Shown: positions 18,106 to 27,440, counted from the first letter of the stretch. The stretch is DNA of 64,000 nt from Candidatus Woesearchaeota archaeon (GCA_046704725.1 JBJKRI010000003.1:1-64000); one strand, 5' to 3'. The notes: generated from the sequence alone by a model not told the origin. Numbers and translations: made by a program.

Positions 18106-18963
18106 TCAGTAGAACACCGGCGTGATCCAGGCTTCCCATACGCCTGCCAGGAACAAGATGATGATGGAGAGGATGATCAGGTCGGCCGCGTCTATCACGA
18201 CGTGCTCGAACTTCTTGCTGCGCCAGTGGTGTTTTATCACCGCGACGCTGATGATGCCTCCCGCGAGTCCGGCGATGATGTAGGCGATGACCTCGAGCGC
18301 GCCGTGTATGCCGTATCGAAGACCAAGCACTTGCGCGGGTATCATCAGGTAGGAGGCGATCTTCGCCAACCCGCCGCCGCTCGCTGCTTCCGAGAGCTTC
18401 AGTCGGATGGCGTTGCCCGCCGCCAAGGCGATGACTGAAGCGTTCCACGTCAGGATGTACACCGCGCCCGCTCCGTACAGGAAGCTGAAGAGCACGCAAT
18501 ACCCCAACACGCGCAGGTTGTTGAGGAAGATCCGCGCGAAGAACGGCACGCCAGACAGGCCGGTCGTCGTCGCCATGCCGCTGTTGATGTTCTGGTAGGT
18601 GTGTATCTGCGCGCTGAAGATGTTCTGCGTGGTCGCCGTCGGCAAGAACAGGTAGGCCGCCGTCAGCCCGAGCGTCACTCCGACGAAGAGCAGGAAGTAC
18701 GCGCTCACGGCCTTGCCGTGCTCCTTGATGAGCACGCGTTCCTCCAGGTCGGACAGGTCCTTGTCCTCCTCGTACTTGATGGTGTTGTACAGGAAGGGGA
18801 TACTCGCCGCGGTGATGAAGAACACCATCACCATGCTCGCGTTCTCCGGGAACAATACGAGACTGAACAGGATGCCTATTCCTGCATAGGCGAACCCGAC
18901 GAGCACGAGCCACGCGGGATGCAGTTCCGCCTTGAAGGGATTGGTGATGGACTCAAGGACCAC
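18106..18963 (-). CDS. SpoIIM/DUF95-family membrane protein
   Basis: IFLNNLRV...SFLYGAG...WNAS...HG.LE...AG..EA.ITP; GTG start with a TATA box about 25 nt upstream. Confidence 0.85.
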   Translation of the reverse strand: MVLESITNPFKAELHPAWLVLVGFAYAGIGILFSLVLFPENASMVMVFFITAASIPFLYNTIKYEEDKDLSDLEERVLIKEHGKAVSAYFLLFVGVTLGLTAAYLFLPTATTQNIFSAQIHTYQNINSGMATTTGLSGVPFFARIFLNNLRVLGYCVLFSFLYGAGAVYILTWNASVIALAAGNAIRLKLSEAASGGGLAKIASYLMIPAQVLGLRYGIHGALEVIAYIIAGLAGGIISVAVIKHHWRSKKFEHVVIDAADLIILSIIILFLAGVWEAWITPVFY

Positions 18964-19097
18964 GCTACGTGCCTTCTCGGCTCGTTCGCTTATAAAGGTC
19001 GCGGCTCGCCCAGACACCAGCACTACAAAATACTGTATCTATATGGCATAGAGAATACGCACAATGCATATTTGTAGCGTGCGGGCCGATTCCTCAT

Positions 19098-19808
19098 GTG
19101 GCATTGCAGCGACTCGCCCGTTACGCAGAACCCGTCCGGATTGCGGCGGGTGTGTTGCTGCTCCTTCTCGCAGGATTCTGGACGCGCTTCAGCACTGTCT
19201 CCGCTACCGCCCTGGCGTTCGCCGTGCTTCCCCTGTTCCCGCCCATCGGCGATGCCATCGCGAAGAAAGTCTCCCACCGTGCCGCCTACAGGCTCTATTT
19301 CCTCGTCCTGTTCGCAGCCCTCATCTTTGCGCTGTTCACCTCTCCAGGCATGGCGGGCATCAACGGTACGGCCGTCGTCCATGGCAATCGTGTGGTGACC
19401 GCGCGTGTGGGTGACGCGACGGCCATCGACGACGTCCAGTACGTGGTGACGCATGTCGAGACTCTTCCGAACGTGTACCTGCCGACCGGCGACCTCCAGC
19501 CCAAGAACGGCCAATTCCTCTTCGTCGAGGTGCAGTTGATGAATCTAGAAGGGGAGCAGCGTATCGTGCCCGCGCCAACCTTCACGCTCGAGAACCGCGT
19601 AGGTAACGTTTTCACCCCTGATCTTGTTGCGGAGCAAGCTTTGGGGAACACCGGCTTCCGGCCGTTCTCGTCGAGCGAGCTGCTGCAGTACCACCAGCCC
19701 ATCGATCGCGTCATCGTCTTCGACGTTCCCAAGGACAAGCGCGGCTGGTGGCTGCACGCGAAGGGCAACTGGATCTTCACCGACGAGTTGGTGGTGGCGC
19801 TGCAATAG
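19098..19808 (+). CDS. membrane protein with a DUF4352-like Ig-fold extracellular domain
   Basis: N-terminal TM helices, then F.FV.V...N......F.L....G..F....IVFDVP. Confidence 0.7.
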   Translation: MALQRLARYAEPVRIAAGVLLLLLAGFWTRFSTVSATALAFAVLPLFPPIGDAIAKKVSHRAAYRLYFLVLFAALIFALFTSPGMAGINGTAVVHGNRVVTARVGDATAIDDVQYVVTHVETLPNVYLPTGDLQPKNGQFLFVEVQLMNLEGEQRIVPAPTFTLENRVGNVFTPDLVAEQALGNTGFRPFSSSELLQYHQPIDRVIVFDVPKDKRGWWLHAKGNWIFTDELVVALQ

Positions 19809-19968
19809 GCGTGCCGCAGAGCAGGCAGTTCTCGTCATCGTTCACGCGGAAGTTCCCGCAGTTCCTGCAGTAGTTCTCCAGGCAGCGCGTGCATGCGTAC
19901 GTCTCGCTCACCCACCACTCACAGCTCCCCTCTGTTTTGTGTCTTTCGGAATGCTGGATCGTGAACAA
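19777..19968 (-). CDS. putative small zinc-finger protein
   Basis: 63 aa with CTRC, CRNC and CLLC; overlaps the convergent gene end. Confidence 0.4.
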   Translation of the reverse strand: MFTIQHSERHKTEGSCEWWVSETYACTRCLENYCRNCGNFRVNDDENCLLCGTPIAAPPPTRR

Positions 19969-20041
19969 ATAAAGTTTCTATATAGAACCTACTATATCGA
20001 AAATAAATAGGATTCATAAAGCGAGCGTCGTTCGCTCCACC

Positions 20042-21199
20042 ATGGAGGTCGTTGTCCATCACGCCGAGATCGCCCTCAAGGGCGGCAACCGCGGTTTCTT
20101 CGAGAAGAAGCTCTGCGAGAATCTCGAGGGCGCCGCCAAACGAAAGAACCTGTCATGCAAGGCGCGCCGCGACCAGGGCCGCATCCGTTGCAGCTTCGAC
20201 GGAAAAGAGAGCGATCTCGATGCCGTCTTCGGCAAGACCTTCGGCGTCAAGGACTACGCGGTCGCCACGCGTATAGAAAGAACGGAAGAAGCGCTCCTCG
20301 AAGAGGCCCAGCGTCGCATGAAAGCCAGTGAAGCGAAGACCGTCCGCTTCGTGACAAAGCGCGCGGACAAATCCTTCCCGCTCACCTCATTGGACATCAA
20401 CAAGCGCCTGGGCGAGGTGGCCAACAAGCACGCAAAGAAGGTCGACTACAGCGCGGGCGAGTACACGCTCCGCACCGAGGTCACAAAGGACGCCATCTAC
20501 GTCTACGACGAGAAACGTCCCGGCCTCGGGGGATTGCCGGTCGGCACAGCAGGAAAGGTCCTCGTCCTGTTCTCGGGCGGCATCGACTCCGCGGCAGCGG
20601 CGTACCTCGCCATGAAGCGCGGCTGCAGATGCGACTTCCTGCACCTGCACGCGCTCAGGAACAACGATGACGTGCTCAAGACGAAGATCCCGCGCATCAT
20701 CGAGGCCCTCAACGACTACCAGCCGCGCGCGGTCCTCCACCTCTCGCCCTACCACGAGTATCAGTTGCGCACGATCGGCGCCATCCCGCAGCCCCTCGAC
20801 CTGGTCGCCTTCAAGCACCTCGTCCTGCGCATCGGGCAGGGATTGGCGAGAAAGCACGGCTACAAGGCGCTCGTCACGGGCGACAGCATCGGGCAGGTCG
20901 CCAGTCAGACCCTCGACAACCTGCGCACCCAGAGATACGGCATCACCGCTCCCATCCTCTCCCCCCTCATCACCTATGACAAGCAGGAGATCATCGACCT
21001 CACGAAGAGAGCGGGGACCTACGAACTCTCCATCGAGGAGTACAAGGATTGCTGCAGCATCGTCAGCAGGAAACCCGACACCCACGCCAAACCGGAAGCA
21101 TTGAAAGAAGCCCTCGAGAAGAGCGGTTTCGAGGAGGTCGTCAAGGCGACGGTCGACGCGACGACTTCTTCTTCGATCCCACAGACTGCACGACCCTGA
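20042..21199 (+). CDS. thiI: tRNA 4-thiouridine synthase ThiI
   Basis: EIALKG.NR..FE, THUMP region, GGLPVGT, SGGIDS, GDSIGQVASQT, DCC. Confidence 0.93.
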   Translation: MEVVVHHAEIALKGGNRGFFEKKLCENLEGAAKRKNLSCKARRDQGRIRCSFDGKESDLDAVFGKTFGVKDYAVATRIERTEEALLEEAQRRMKASEAKTVRFVTKRADKSFPLTSLDINKRLGEVANKHAKKVDYSAGEYTLRTEVTKDAIYVYDEKRPGLGGLPVGTAGKVLVLFSGGIDSAAAAYLAMKRGCRCDFLHLHALRNNDDVLKTKIPRIIEALNDYQPRAVLHLSPYHEYQLRTIGAIPQPLDLVAFKHLVLRIGQGLARKHGYKALVTGDSIGQVASQTLDNLRTQRYGITAPILSPLITYDKQEIIDLTKRAGTYELSIEEYKDCCSIVSRKPDTHAKPEALKEALEKSGFEEVVKATVDATTSSSIPQTARP

Positions 21200-21395
21200 T
21201 GCTGTCCACCAAGGCCCAGATCCACGCGGCGGCCATCGCGAAAATCCCGATGATCACTATCGCCAGTATCGCTCCGACAATCAATAGCACTAACTGCCAG
21301 ATGCCGTGCGTGCGGTCCCCCCAGAAGTATGTCCCCAGGCCAGGGACGCAGAGATTGATGATGAGCATCGCCAGCGCTTCGGTCTCGTTCGCCAT
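21141..21395 (-). CDS. TM2-domain-like small membrane protein
   Basis: PGLG.YFWG....GI.QL...IWALVD. Confidence 0.7.
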   Translation of the reverse strand: MANETEALAMLIINLCVPGLGTYFWGDRTHGIWQLVLLIVGAILAIVIIGIFAMAAAWIWALVDSIRVVQSVGSKKKSSRRPSP

Positions 21396-21477
21396 GTTCC
21401 GCTGATGTCTTCCGGAGTTATAAGGCTATCGCGGTGCTTTCCACAAGTCATATGAGGAGATGGTGCCTAACCGTTCC

Positions 21478-21918
21478 ATGTTCGTCCGCATCAAGCGCAT
21501 AAAGGGGAAGCCGTACGCCTATCTCGTCGAGAACGTCTGGAAGGACGGCTCATCGCGCCAGCGCGTCAAGAGGTATCTCGGGCGCGTCATACAGGTACGC
21601 GACCAATCCGCGCCGAGCGTGCCCCCTTCCGTGAAAGGAGATGACCTCATCTGGCATCTCATCGGAGAGGAGCTCGCTCCATTAGGTGATGTGCGCATCG
21701 ATATCAGCAAGAGGAAGGTCACACGCGACGGACAGGAGGTCGTGCTCGCTCTCAACGGCGGATTCCTCTGCTCGTATACCGTCAAACAGGTCTTCCGGGC
21801 GCTCAACGTCACGGGCGAGGACCACCCAGGAACGGCCCTCGCGGAGGCTTTCAGCCGAGCCGGCCTGCGCATACCCCAGGACCGCTTCGTCTCGCTCTAC
21901 TTGAGGTACCGTTCATGA
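21478..21918 (+). CDS. hypothetical protein with an IS1634-transposase-like N-terminus
   Basis: MFVRIK.IKG..YAYLVEN.W......Q....YLG; no DDE domain. Confidence 0.65.
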   Translation: MFVRIKRIKGKPYAYLVENVWKDGSSRQRVKRYLGRVIQVRDQSAPSVPPSVKGDDLIWHLIGEELAPLGDVRIDISKRKVTRDGQEVVLALNGGFLCSYTVKQVFRALNVTGEDHPGTALAEAFSRAGLRIPQDRFVSLYLRYRS

Positions 21919-22187
21919 TATTCCTCCTCTTCCAGCTCCTCGACCTGCTCACCGCGGTCGTCCTCGTCCTCGCGCAGTTCGGGCTCGTCTCCTGGCAGAT
22001 CCTCCTCTATCATGGCAGCTACCTCATCGCCAAAGGGATCTGGTACCACACCGACCCCCTCTCCTGGATCGACGCGGGCATCGGGCTCTACCTCATCCTC
22101 ATGATCTTCGGCTTGCGCTCCGTCTTCAGCTTCATCGCGGCAGGCTATTTCCTCTACAAGCTCTCGCTCTACCTCATCTACTCGTAG
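21915..22187 (+). CDS. small membrane protein
   Basis: 90 aa, hydrophobic, YLIAKG...D; ATGA overlap with the upstream gene. Confidence 0.7.
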   Translation: MIFLLFQLLDLLTAVVLVLAQFGLVSWQILLYHGSYLIAKGIWYHTDPLSWIDAGIGLYLILMIFGLRSVFSFIAAGYFLYKLSLYLIYS

Positions 22188-22944
22188 AGCTCCACAGGTG
22201 CATCGCCCAGAGCGCCGCCACAGCGAGCAGCAACGACAGGACGTACGAGAACGTCCCGCTCAAAAGCGCGATCATCCCGAAGAAGAACATGAACGCCAGG
22301 CAGAAGATCCACGCCGCGACCGACCACCACAGGATATGCAGTCCGTCGCCGGGACTGTTCGGCACGACATCCTGGAAGTAGCGCAGCTTGATCAGGTTGA
22401 TGAGCTCGAAGGGGACCAGGCTGAACATGCCGTGCAGGAACGCCCCCATCACCACCACCATGAACAGATGGTAGCCGGTCAGCACGTACAGCGACTTGAA
22501 CAAGATGATGGCGAGCGTGGTCCCCGCCAGGCCACCGATGGCGACCTTGGCGCCGCTTTTCGGAGTATCGTAGCTGTAGTGCTTGTGCATGCGTCGCTCG
22601 GGATGCGCGTCGAGCTCGATGAGGTTCGGAGTGAAGAGCGGGACGTATCCTTGGCTGTAGATACCGATGAATGCCGACACGACAAGCCCTGCACTGAAGC
22701 GAACGATACGCACGGTGTATCCCTCTAACGACGCGACGAGCTTGTGACCGCCCTCGTGGAGGTAGACCGCGACGGCCATGCCGACGAACACGAACAGGAG
22801 ATTGCTCAGTCCGGTGACGGCGTTGAAGCTCGCACCCCCCCACAGCCGGAAGGTGAGCAGGAACGCGGCTAGCGCCGCGAGGATCAGTATGGATAAGACC
22901 TCGTCACGCGTCAGCGTGATGTGGCGCGTCCGTTCCGTCCGCAT
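22174..22944 (-). CDS. M50/site-2-type membrane metalloprotease
   Basis: HEGGH within a TM helix and a later GDG motif; lies downstream of traB. Confidence 0.8.
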   Translation of the reverse strand: MRTERTRHITLTRDEVLSILILAALAAFLLTFRLWGGASFNAVTGLSNLLFVFVGMAVAVYLHEGGHKLVASLEGYTVRIVRFSAGLVVSAFIGIYSQGYVPLFTPNLIELDAHPERRMHKHYSYDTPKSGAKVAIGGLAGTTLAIILFKSLYVLTGYHLFMVVVMGAFLHGMFSLVPFELINLIKLRYFQDVVPNSPGDGLHILWWSVAAWIFCLAFMFFFGMIALLSGTFSYVLSLLLAVAALWAMHLWSSTSR

Positions 22945-23602
22945 GCCCCGCCTTCGCCTGGAGCGTATTTAAGCGTTCTGTCATGCCCGGAACGTGCCCC
23001 GCGCCCACGACGGCCAGGATGCGCGCCTCGTGGCGTGATTGCTGCAGTCCCAACAGCTGGCGCGCCATGTGGTCGTTGCGCTCGTGCACGAGCACACGCG
23101 CGATCGCTGGGCTGATGCGGTCCAGCTCGGTCAGCATCTCTGTGACGAGCTTCTCGTCGGGCACATCGCGCAGGTCGAACTTGACGCGCGTGAAGCGGAA
23201 CAATCCCTTGAACAAGCGCAGTTTCTCGCGCCAATTGAAGGCCTTGCTGAACCGGCGCAGCGTCACCTCGATGGGCCGGTCGATGAGCGCGACGGGGATA
23301 TCCTTCTCCGCCGCCGCCAGGACGGCGGCCTTCATCTCGTCTCCCGGCGCTGTTCCGATGCGTCCGCCCATCTTCACCTCCACCCAATGCCCGAGCTTGG
23401 CGAACAATGCTCCTGAGAGCCCGACGGCCTTGACCGTCGCGCGCAACGACGTCTCGGGCTGCGCCCCAGACAAGAGCTGGTGCAGCCGCGCCTGGTCCAG
23501 CTCCACGGCCACGATGTCATACTCCCCCGACCGCACGGCTTCGCGCACGCGCTCTGCGCTGCGCGGACTGATATGGCTCGTCCCGATGATGTGGATGCTC
23601 AC
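22904..23602 (-). CDS. TraB/PrgY family protein
   Basis: IIGTSH.S..S, VAVELD..R, PGDEM..A, LIDR.I..TL.R, ERN..MA, VVGAGH..G. Confidence 0.9.
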   Translation of the reverse strand: MSIHIIGTSHISPRSAERVREAVRSGEYDIVAVELDQARLHQLLSGAQPETSLRATVKAVGLSGALFAKLGHWVEVKMGGRIGTAPGDEMKAAVLAAAEKDIPVALIDRPIEVTLRRFSKAFNWREKLRLFKGLFRFTRVKFDLRDVPDEKLVTEMLTELDRISPAIARVLVHERNDHMARQLLGLQQSRHEARILAVVGAGHVPGMTERLNTLQAKAGHADGTDAPHHADA

Positions 23603-23627
23603 GCCCTGGTGAGCGAACGGCCCTTTA

Positions 23628-24170
23628 TCATGGTATGGGATACGCTCGGGTGATGCCGCCGATAGCGACCCGGGCGATCTCCTCGCCCGAAGGTTGGCGC
23701 TGCTCGTACCACACGATGTGGGGTTCCACACCGATCTGCTTCTCATCGGATTGACGGACGATCCCTGCGAGGTATATCGGTTCCCTGTGTTGCAGCGCGA
23801 GATAAAGGATGTTCTGCGCGCGACGCAGGACGGCGCCTCCGCCGACGGAGACGATGGTCCGGTCAGGTTCCCTGAAAGGAGCACGCACGCTGACGGAACT
23901 CGAGAGATACGAATTGAAGTGCTGCGTGACCTGCCCCCGAACGAATACGGGCGATCCCAACTCTGGTTGCCCTTCCAGAGCAGGGTACTTTTCATGGATA
24001 CGCTCGCACAGCGTCGCATAGTTCGCAGGGGCGCCATCAGCGAGCCTCAATAATGAATACAGGTCGTCAACACCCTCGGCACGCAAGGGACGCGTCCACA
24101 ACTCCGCAGTATCAGCCACTAAAAAAATCCAGTCCCGCCCCTCGTATTTAGGTGTTGCGGCTATCCGCAC
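23628..24170 (-). CDS. hypothetical protein
   Basis: 180-aa ORF filling the gap between neighbours; no motif recognised. Confidence 0.5.
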   Translation of the reverse strand: MRIAATPKYEGRDWIFLVADTAELWTRPLRAEGVDDLYSLLRLADGAPANYATLCERIHEKYPALEGQPELGSPVFVRGQVTQHFNSYLSSSVSVRAPFREPDRTIVSVGGGAVLRRAQNILYLALQHREPIYLAGIVRQSDEKQIGVEPHIVWYEQRQPSGEEIARVAIGGITRAYPIP

Positions 24171-24514
24171 CAGACGTCGCCGTAATGGAAGTCGGTCTCC
24201 TCCAGGTCGGCGTGGGGCGTGCCGTGCTCCTCGAAGTTCGCCGCCATATGCTCGTTGGGCTCGGTGGTCATGCCTTCCTCGATGAGCAGCCGGCGCTGCT
24301 TGCGCATGAGGTCGTCGATGTCGTCGCCTCCGCGCACCTGCAGCGCGAGCATGTCCGTGTACTGGTAGAACAGGAGGTTCATGATGCCGTGCTGCATCAT
24401 GTAGATCTTGAAGCGCGGCGATGCGGTCTCCCGGCGCAGTACCTTGTATATGGGGTCGTCCCAGTTGTACTCGCCGTACAGCGTGTATTCCGTCACGCTC
24501 TTATGCGTAGTCAT
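24161..24514 (-). CDS. degenerate 4Fe-4S dicluster (GlcF N-terminal-like) protein lacking ligand cysteines
   Basis: YTLYGEYNWDDPIYKVL..E..SPR aligns to CxxCGxCxxxCP.Y...E..SPRG; FYQYTDMLALQVRG aligns to FY.CxxCxxCxxxC. Confidence 0.7.
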   Translation of the reverse strand: MTTHKSVTEYTLYGEYNWDDPIYKVLRRETASPRFKIYMMQHGIMNLLFYQYTDMLALQVRGGDDIDDLMRKQRRLLIEEGMTTEPNEHMAANFEEHGTPHADLEETDFHYGDVWCG

Positions 24515-25667
24515 GCAGCCTCCCCCGGTTGAGGATGTCGTTGTAGTCGTACTCGTCCTTGAGCTTGATGAGCGTGTTCCGCAATCGCTGCGGCACGTGC
24601 TTCTTCTTGACCAGTCCGTAGCCGAACTGCCCGGAGACATCCCCGCCCAACGCCTTCACCTTCTCGTAGAAGGCCGTGCGGTCCTGCTCCCCGAAGAACG
24701 GGTGCACGATGCCCATGCCGATATGGCTGACAGCCGGCAGTTCTTGTTCCTCGCACCACGCGAGCAGGTCGTACATCTTCTCGGGCGCGACGGAACAGTC
24801 CTCGATGATCGGATGGCCCGCGCGCATCGCCGCGTCCCACGCCTGGTCGCGCCCCTTCCAGATGCGGTCCTGGCTCTCCGGATTGACGATCTCCCCCTTG
24901 TCGCCCTCGTACTCGACGAGCAGATGATGCTTCTCCTCGATGCCGGACAGTCGGCTCATCTGCGGATTCATGTACTCCAGGCTGAGAACCGTGAGGTCCT
25001 CCTTTTTCTCGTCCACAGCGGACAACAGTTCGTGCAGCTGATCGAACGGCAGCACGTCGGTGCTGCGTTTCTCGATGATAGGATACACGCGGATCTTCGC
25101 GCTGATGATGATGGCGCACGTGCCTTCCATGCCGATGAACTTCGGTTCTTGCTCCGGGTAGTGCTTTCCCGTTCCGTCGATGACCTCGAGCTCCATGACG
25201 TGCTTTCCCAATCGCCCGTGCTTGTGGCTGCGCCGGTCCATCTGGTTCATCGCGAGCAATGCGCCGATGGTCGCTACGTTCTTGCTCCCGGGCACGACGG
25301 GAAACGTGTGTCCGTGCTTCTCCAGGACCCGTTGCAGGTCCGACAGGACGACGCCTGTTTCCACGCGCACCCACCCCTCCTTGAGGTTGAGCGTGCTGAT
25401 GCGGTCGAAGTGCGCCATGTCGAGCACGATGGAGTTCTCCGGAACCACCATGCCGAGCGGATTCGCCCCGAGGCCCCGCGTGACGACGGGGATGTTCGTG
25501 CGGTTGGCGTACACGAGTATCTGCCGCAGGTCTTCGGCATTCTTCGGGAACAAGACGATGCGCGCTTTTCCTTCCAGTCCGCTCGCGTCATAGCCGTACG
25601 CGAGCAGGTCGTTGGGATTGTCCAGCGCGTTCTCCACGCCCAATAACGGTCCGAAGTGCTCTCTCAT
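24501..25667 (-). CDS. FAD-binding oxidoreductase, GlcD / D-lactate dehydrogenase-like (divergent)
   Basis: Y.YDAS, V..RG.G, ATIG, G.EGT..II, H.G.G..HP, SGQFG.G, D...ILN.G. Confidence 0.85.
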   Translation of the reverse strand: MREHFGPLLGVENALDNPNDLLAYGYDASGLEGKARIVLFPKNAEDLRQILVYANRTNIPVVTRGLGANPLGMVVPENSIVLDMAHFDRISTLNLKEGWVRVETGVVLSDLQRVLEKHGHTFPVVPGSKNVATIGALLAMNQMDRRSHKHGRLGKHVMELEVIDGTGKHYPEQEPKFIGMEGTCAIIISAKIRVYPIIEKRSTDVLPFDQLHELLSAVDEKKEDLTVLSLEYMNPQMSRLSGIEEKHHLLVEYEGDKGEIVNPESQDRIWKGRDQAWDAAMRAGHPIIEDCSVAPEKMYDLLAWCEEQELPAVSHIGMGIVHPFFGEQDRTAFYEKVKALGGDVSGQFGYGLVKKKHVPQRLRNTLIKLKDEYDYNDILNRGRLHDYA

Positions 25668-25981
25668 CGGTCGTCCCCCGAACCCTTGATGGTCCCGTTC
25701 GCGAATCGTTGTTCCAGCTTCTCGAGCATGAGCGCACAGAGCTGTTCGAGCGAGTAGCCGATCTCGTGCGCGTACGCGATCACGTATGTCAGCACGTCGG
25801 CGAGCTCTTTCGCCACATTCTGGTCGGTGGGCTTGTTCGGATCCTGGCGCAGCTGCTTCTTGCGCTTCTCGGCGACCTCTCCCGCTTCTCCGCAGACGGC
25901 GAGCGCGAGAAAGGTCTTGACGTCCTCCGCGCTGTAGCGCATGGTCTTGAGCGCCCGTTCCTCTAGTTCGTCCAAGTTCAT
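25664..25981 (-). CDS. MazG-like nucleotide pyrophosphohydrolase
   Basis: GEAGEVAEK.KK...ELADVL.Y...KL..R...G.I.GSGD.R. Confidence 0.9.
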   Translation of the reverse strand: MNLDELEERALKTMRYSAEDVKTFLALAVCGEAGEVAEKRKKQLRQDPNKPTDQNVAKELADVLTYVIAYAHEIGYSLEQLCALMLEKLEQRFANGTIKGSGDDR

Positions 25982-26646
25982 ATCTCGACGAGCACCTCCG
26001 AGAGTTCCATGACCTGCGCCGAGGTGTTCCGCTTGAGATGCAGGTAGTCCTCGGGCGAGTCGGTGATGATGAGTTGCGCCGGTGCGGTGCGGGCGCGCCG
26101 CATCGCGAGCTTCGCCGCTAATCGTGGGCTGTTGTTGATGAGTCCTGTCGACGTTCCCAGGCATTGCGTTCGTTCCTTGCACTCGTCGAACTCCTTGAGG
26201 TGGAATCCCGCCCGTACGAGGATCTCGCGCGGCTGGTGCACGATGCTGTTGCGCCGCACCTGCGTCGTATTGTCGTGGAAGCACGCTTCTGCGTTGTTGA
26301 AGCGCTGCACCTTGGCGATGTTCTCGTGCACGACCTGTGTGGTGTGCTTGGCTTCGATGCCTGGATAGAAGCGCCGGAGCATGTAGACCGCTTCTGGGCT
26401 CGAGCTGATGACGGTCTTGACCTTCATCGCTCTCAATCGCGCCAGGAGCTTCTTGCGGTGCTCCTCGAACTTCTCGTGGTATCCCTCGTCCCACAACGCC
26501 CAGCCGGTGTTGAGGTCCTCGACCAGGTCGAAGGCGATGCCGAAATCGCTCAGGAGGCTCTTCCAGTTCACGACCAGGTCCGGGAAGTACTTCGTGAGCG
26601 TGCTTCCTGGATAGTAGATGGTCTTCTTGAGCGAGAAGAGGGGCAT
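25978..26646 (-). CDS. degenerate CCG-domain (GlcF/HdrB-like) protein lacking ligand cysteines
   Basis: YYPGS, LNTG, SSPEA, FHDNT, QCLG and TDSPED occupy the YFPGC, CCG, CPxC, HDxC, CCG and TxCPxC positions. Confidence 0.8.
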   Translation of the reverse strand: MPLFSLKKTIYYPGSTLTKYFPDLVVNWKSLLSDFGIAFDLVEDLNTGWALWDEGYHEKFEEHRKKLLARLRAMKVKTVISSSPEAVYMLRRFYPGIEAKHTTQVVHENIAKVQRFNNAEACFHDNTTQVRRNSIVHQPREILVRAGFHLKEFDECKERTQCLGTSTGLINNSPRLAAKLAMRRARTAPAQLIITDSPEDYLHLKRNTSAQVMELSEVLVEI

Positions 26647-26668
26647 GGAGGAGGACGGCGAAACTGCG

Positions 26669-27391
26669 TTAATATAGGTTATGGTCGCCCTGTATGGCAG
26701 AGTAGAAGCGCTCCATGTGAGCGGTCCGGAGGTACTCGAGGCGGAACAGGGTCTCCTCAGCATCGGGCGAGCGTAACGGCTCAATCTCGTTGATGTACTT
26801 GGGAATCGTCGCGAATGGCGGTTGCTGCCTCCAACTCTGTACAAGGTTCGCGAGGCGATAGGCCGCTGTATTGACAAGCCGTTCACGTTTCGACCTTCTC
26901 GTAGCCATCGTCACTTGTTCGGACGCGATGCTGACGATACCCCGCTCGGCCGCACGCTCCCACAAACCGCTCGAGCCGACGATGCTCTCCGTCCAAGACG
27001 TGGGTTCCCCGAGCTGGGCGCGGACTTTGGCATCCATTTCCGTTCCCCAGTAGAGCATGATCGCAGGAAGGTCATCCGCTCGATATCGGAATCGATTGAT
27101 GTTTGCGCGTACGTCCCTGAACTCGCTCAGTGAGAGGCTCGCGAGCCGTACACCTCTCAAGTAATCAAATGTTGGATGGTTGAACGTTTCGGATCGGACA
27201 TCCGCTTCAGGTCCTGCGAAAGCTGCGATCCACCGTCCGGCCTCCTGCAGTGCACGATAATCTACCCGATGCCCGGGCGCGAATCTCGAGCTGCTGAGGA
27301 CTGGGACTTGATTAGGGACAGCTCCCCAGTCGCTCACAAGGTGCTGCACTCTGCGCTCCGGATCCTGTACGAGCATCAATCGGAGTTGCAT
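26669..27391 (-). CDS. hypothetical protein
   Basis: 240-aa ORF with atypical codon usage and a TTTATA box upstream. Confidence 0.55.
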   Translation of the reverse strand: MQLRLMLVQDPERRVQHLVSDWGAVPNQVPVLSSSRFAPGHRVDYRALQEAGRWIAAFAGPEADVRSETFNHPTFDYLRGVRLASLSLSEFRDVRANINRFRYRADDLPAIMLYWGTEMDAKVRAQLGEPTSWTESIVGSSGLWERAAERGIVSIASEQVTMATRRSKRERLVNTAAYRLANLVQSWRQQPPFATIPKYINEIEPLRSPDAEETLFRLEYLRTAHMERFYSAIQGDHNLY

Positions 27392-27440
27392 ATGGGTCGC
27401 CTATATTGCTTGTATAAAAACACTGGCTGCGTGGCGTGCA

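Noticed and set aside
21478-21918. Active IS element
   Set aside because: Too short, with no catalytic DDE region and no terminal inverted repeats or target duplication seen.
24440-24490. Three Cys-to-Tyr positions encoded by TAC suggested A-to-I mRNA editing could restore Cys
   Set aside because: The fourth ligand is GAC (Asp) and other lost ligands are Ser, Met, Leu, Gly, Ala or Thr codons, which single A-to-I edits cannot convert to Cys.
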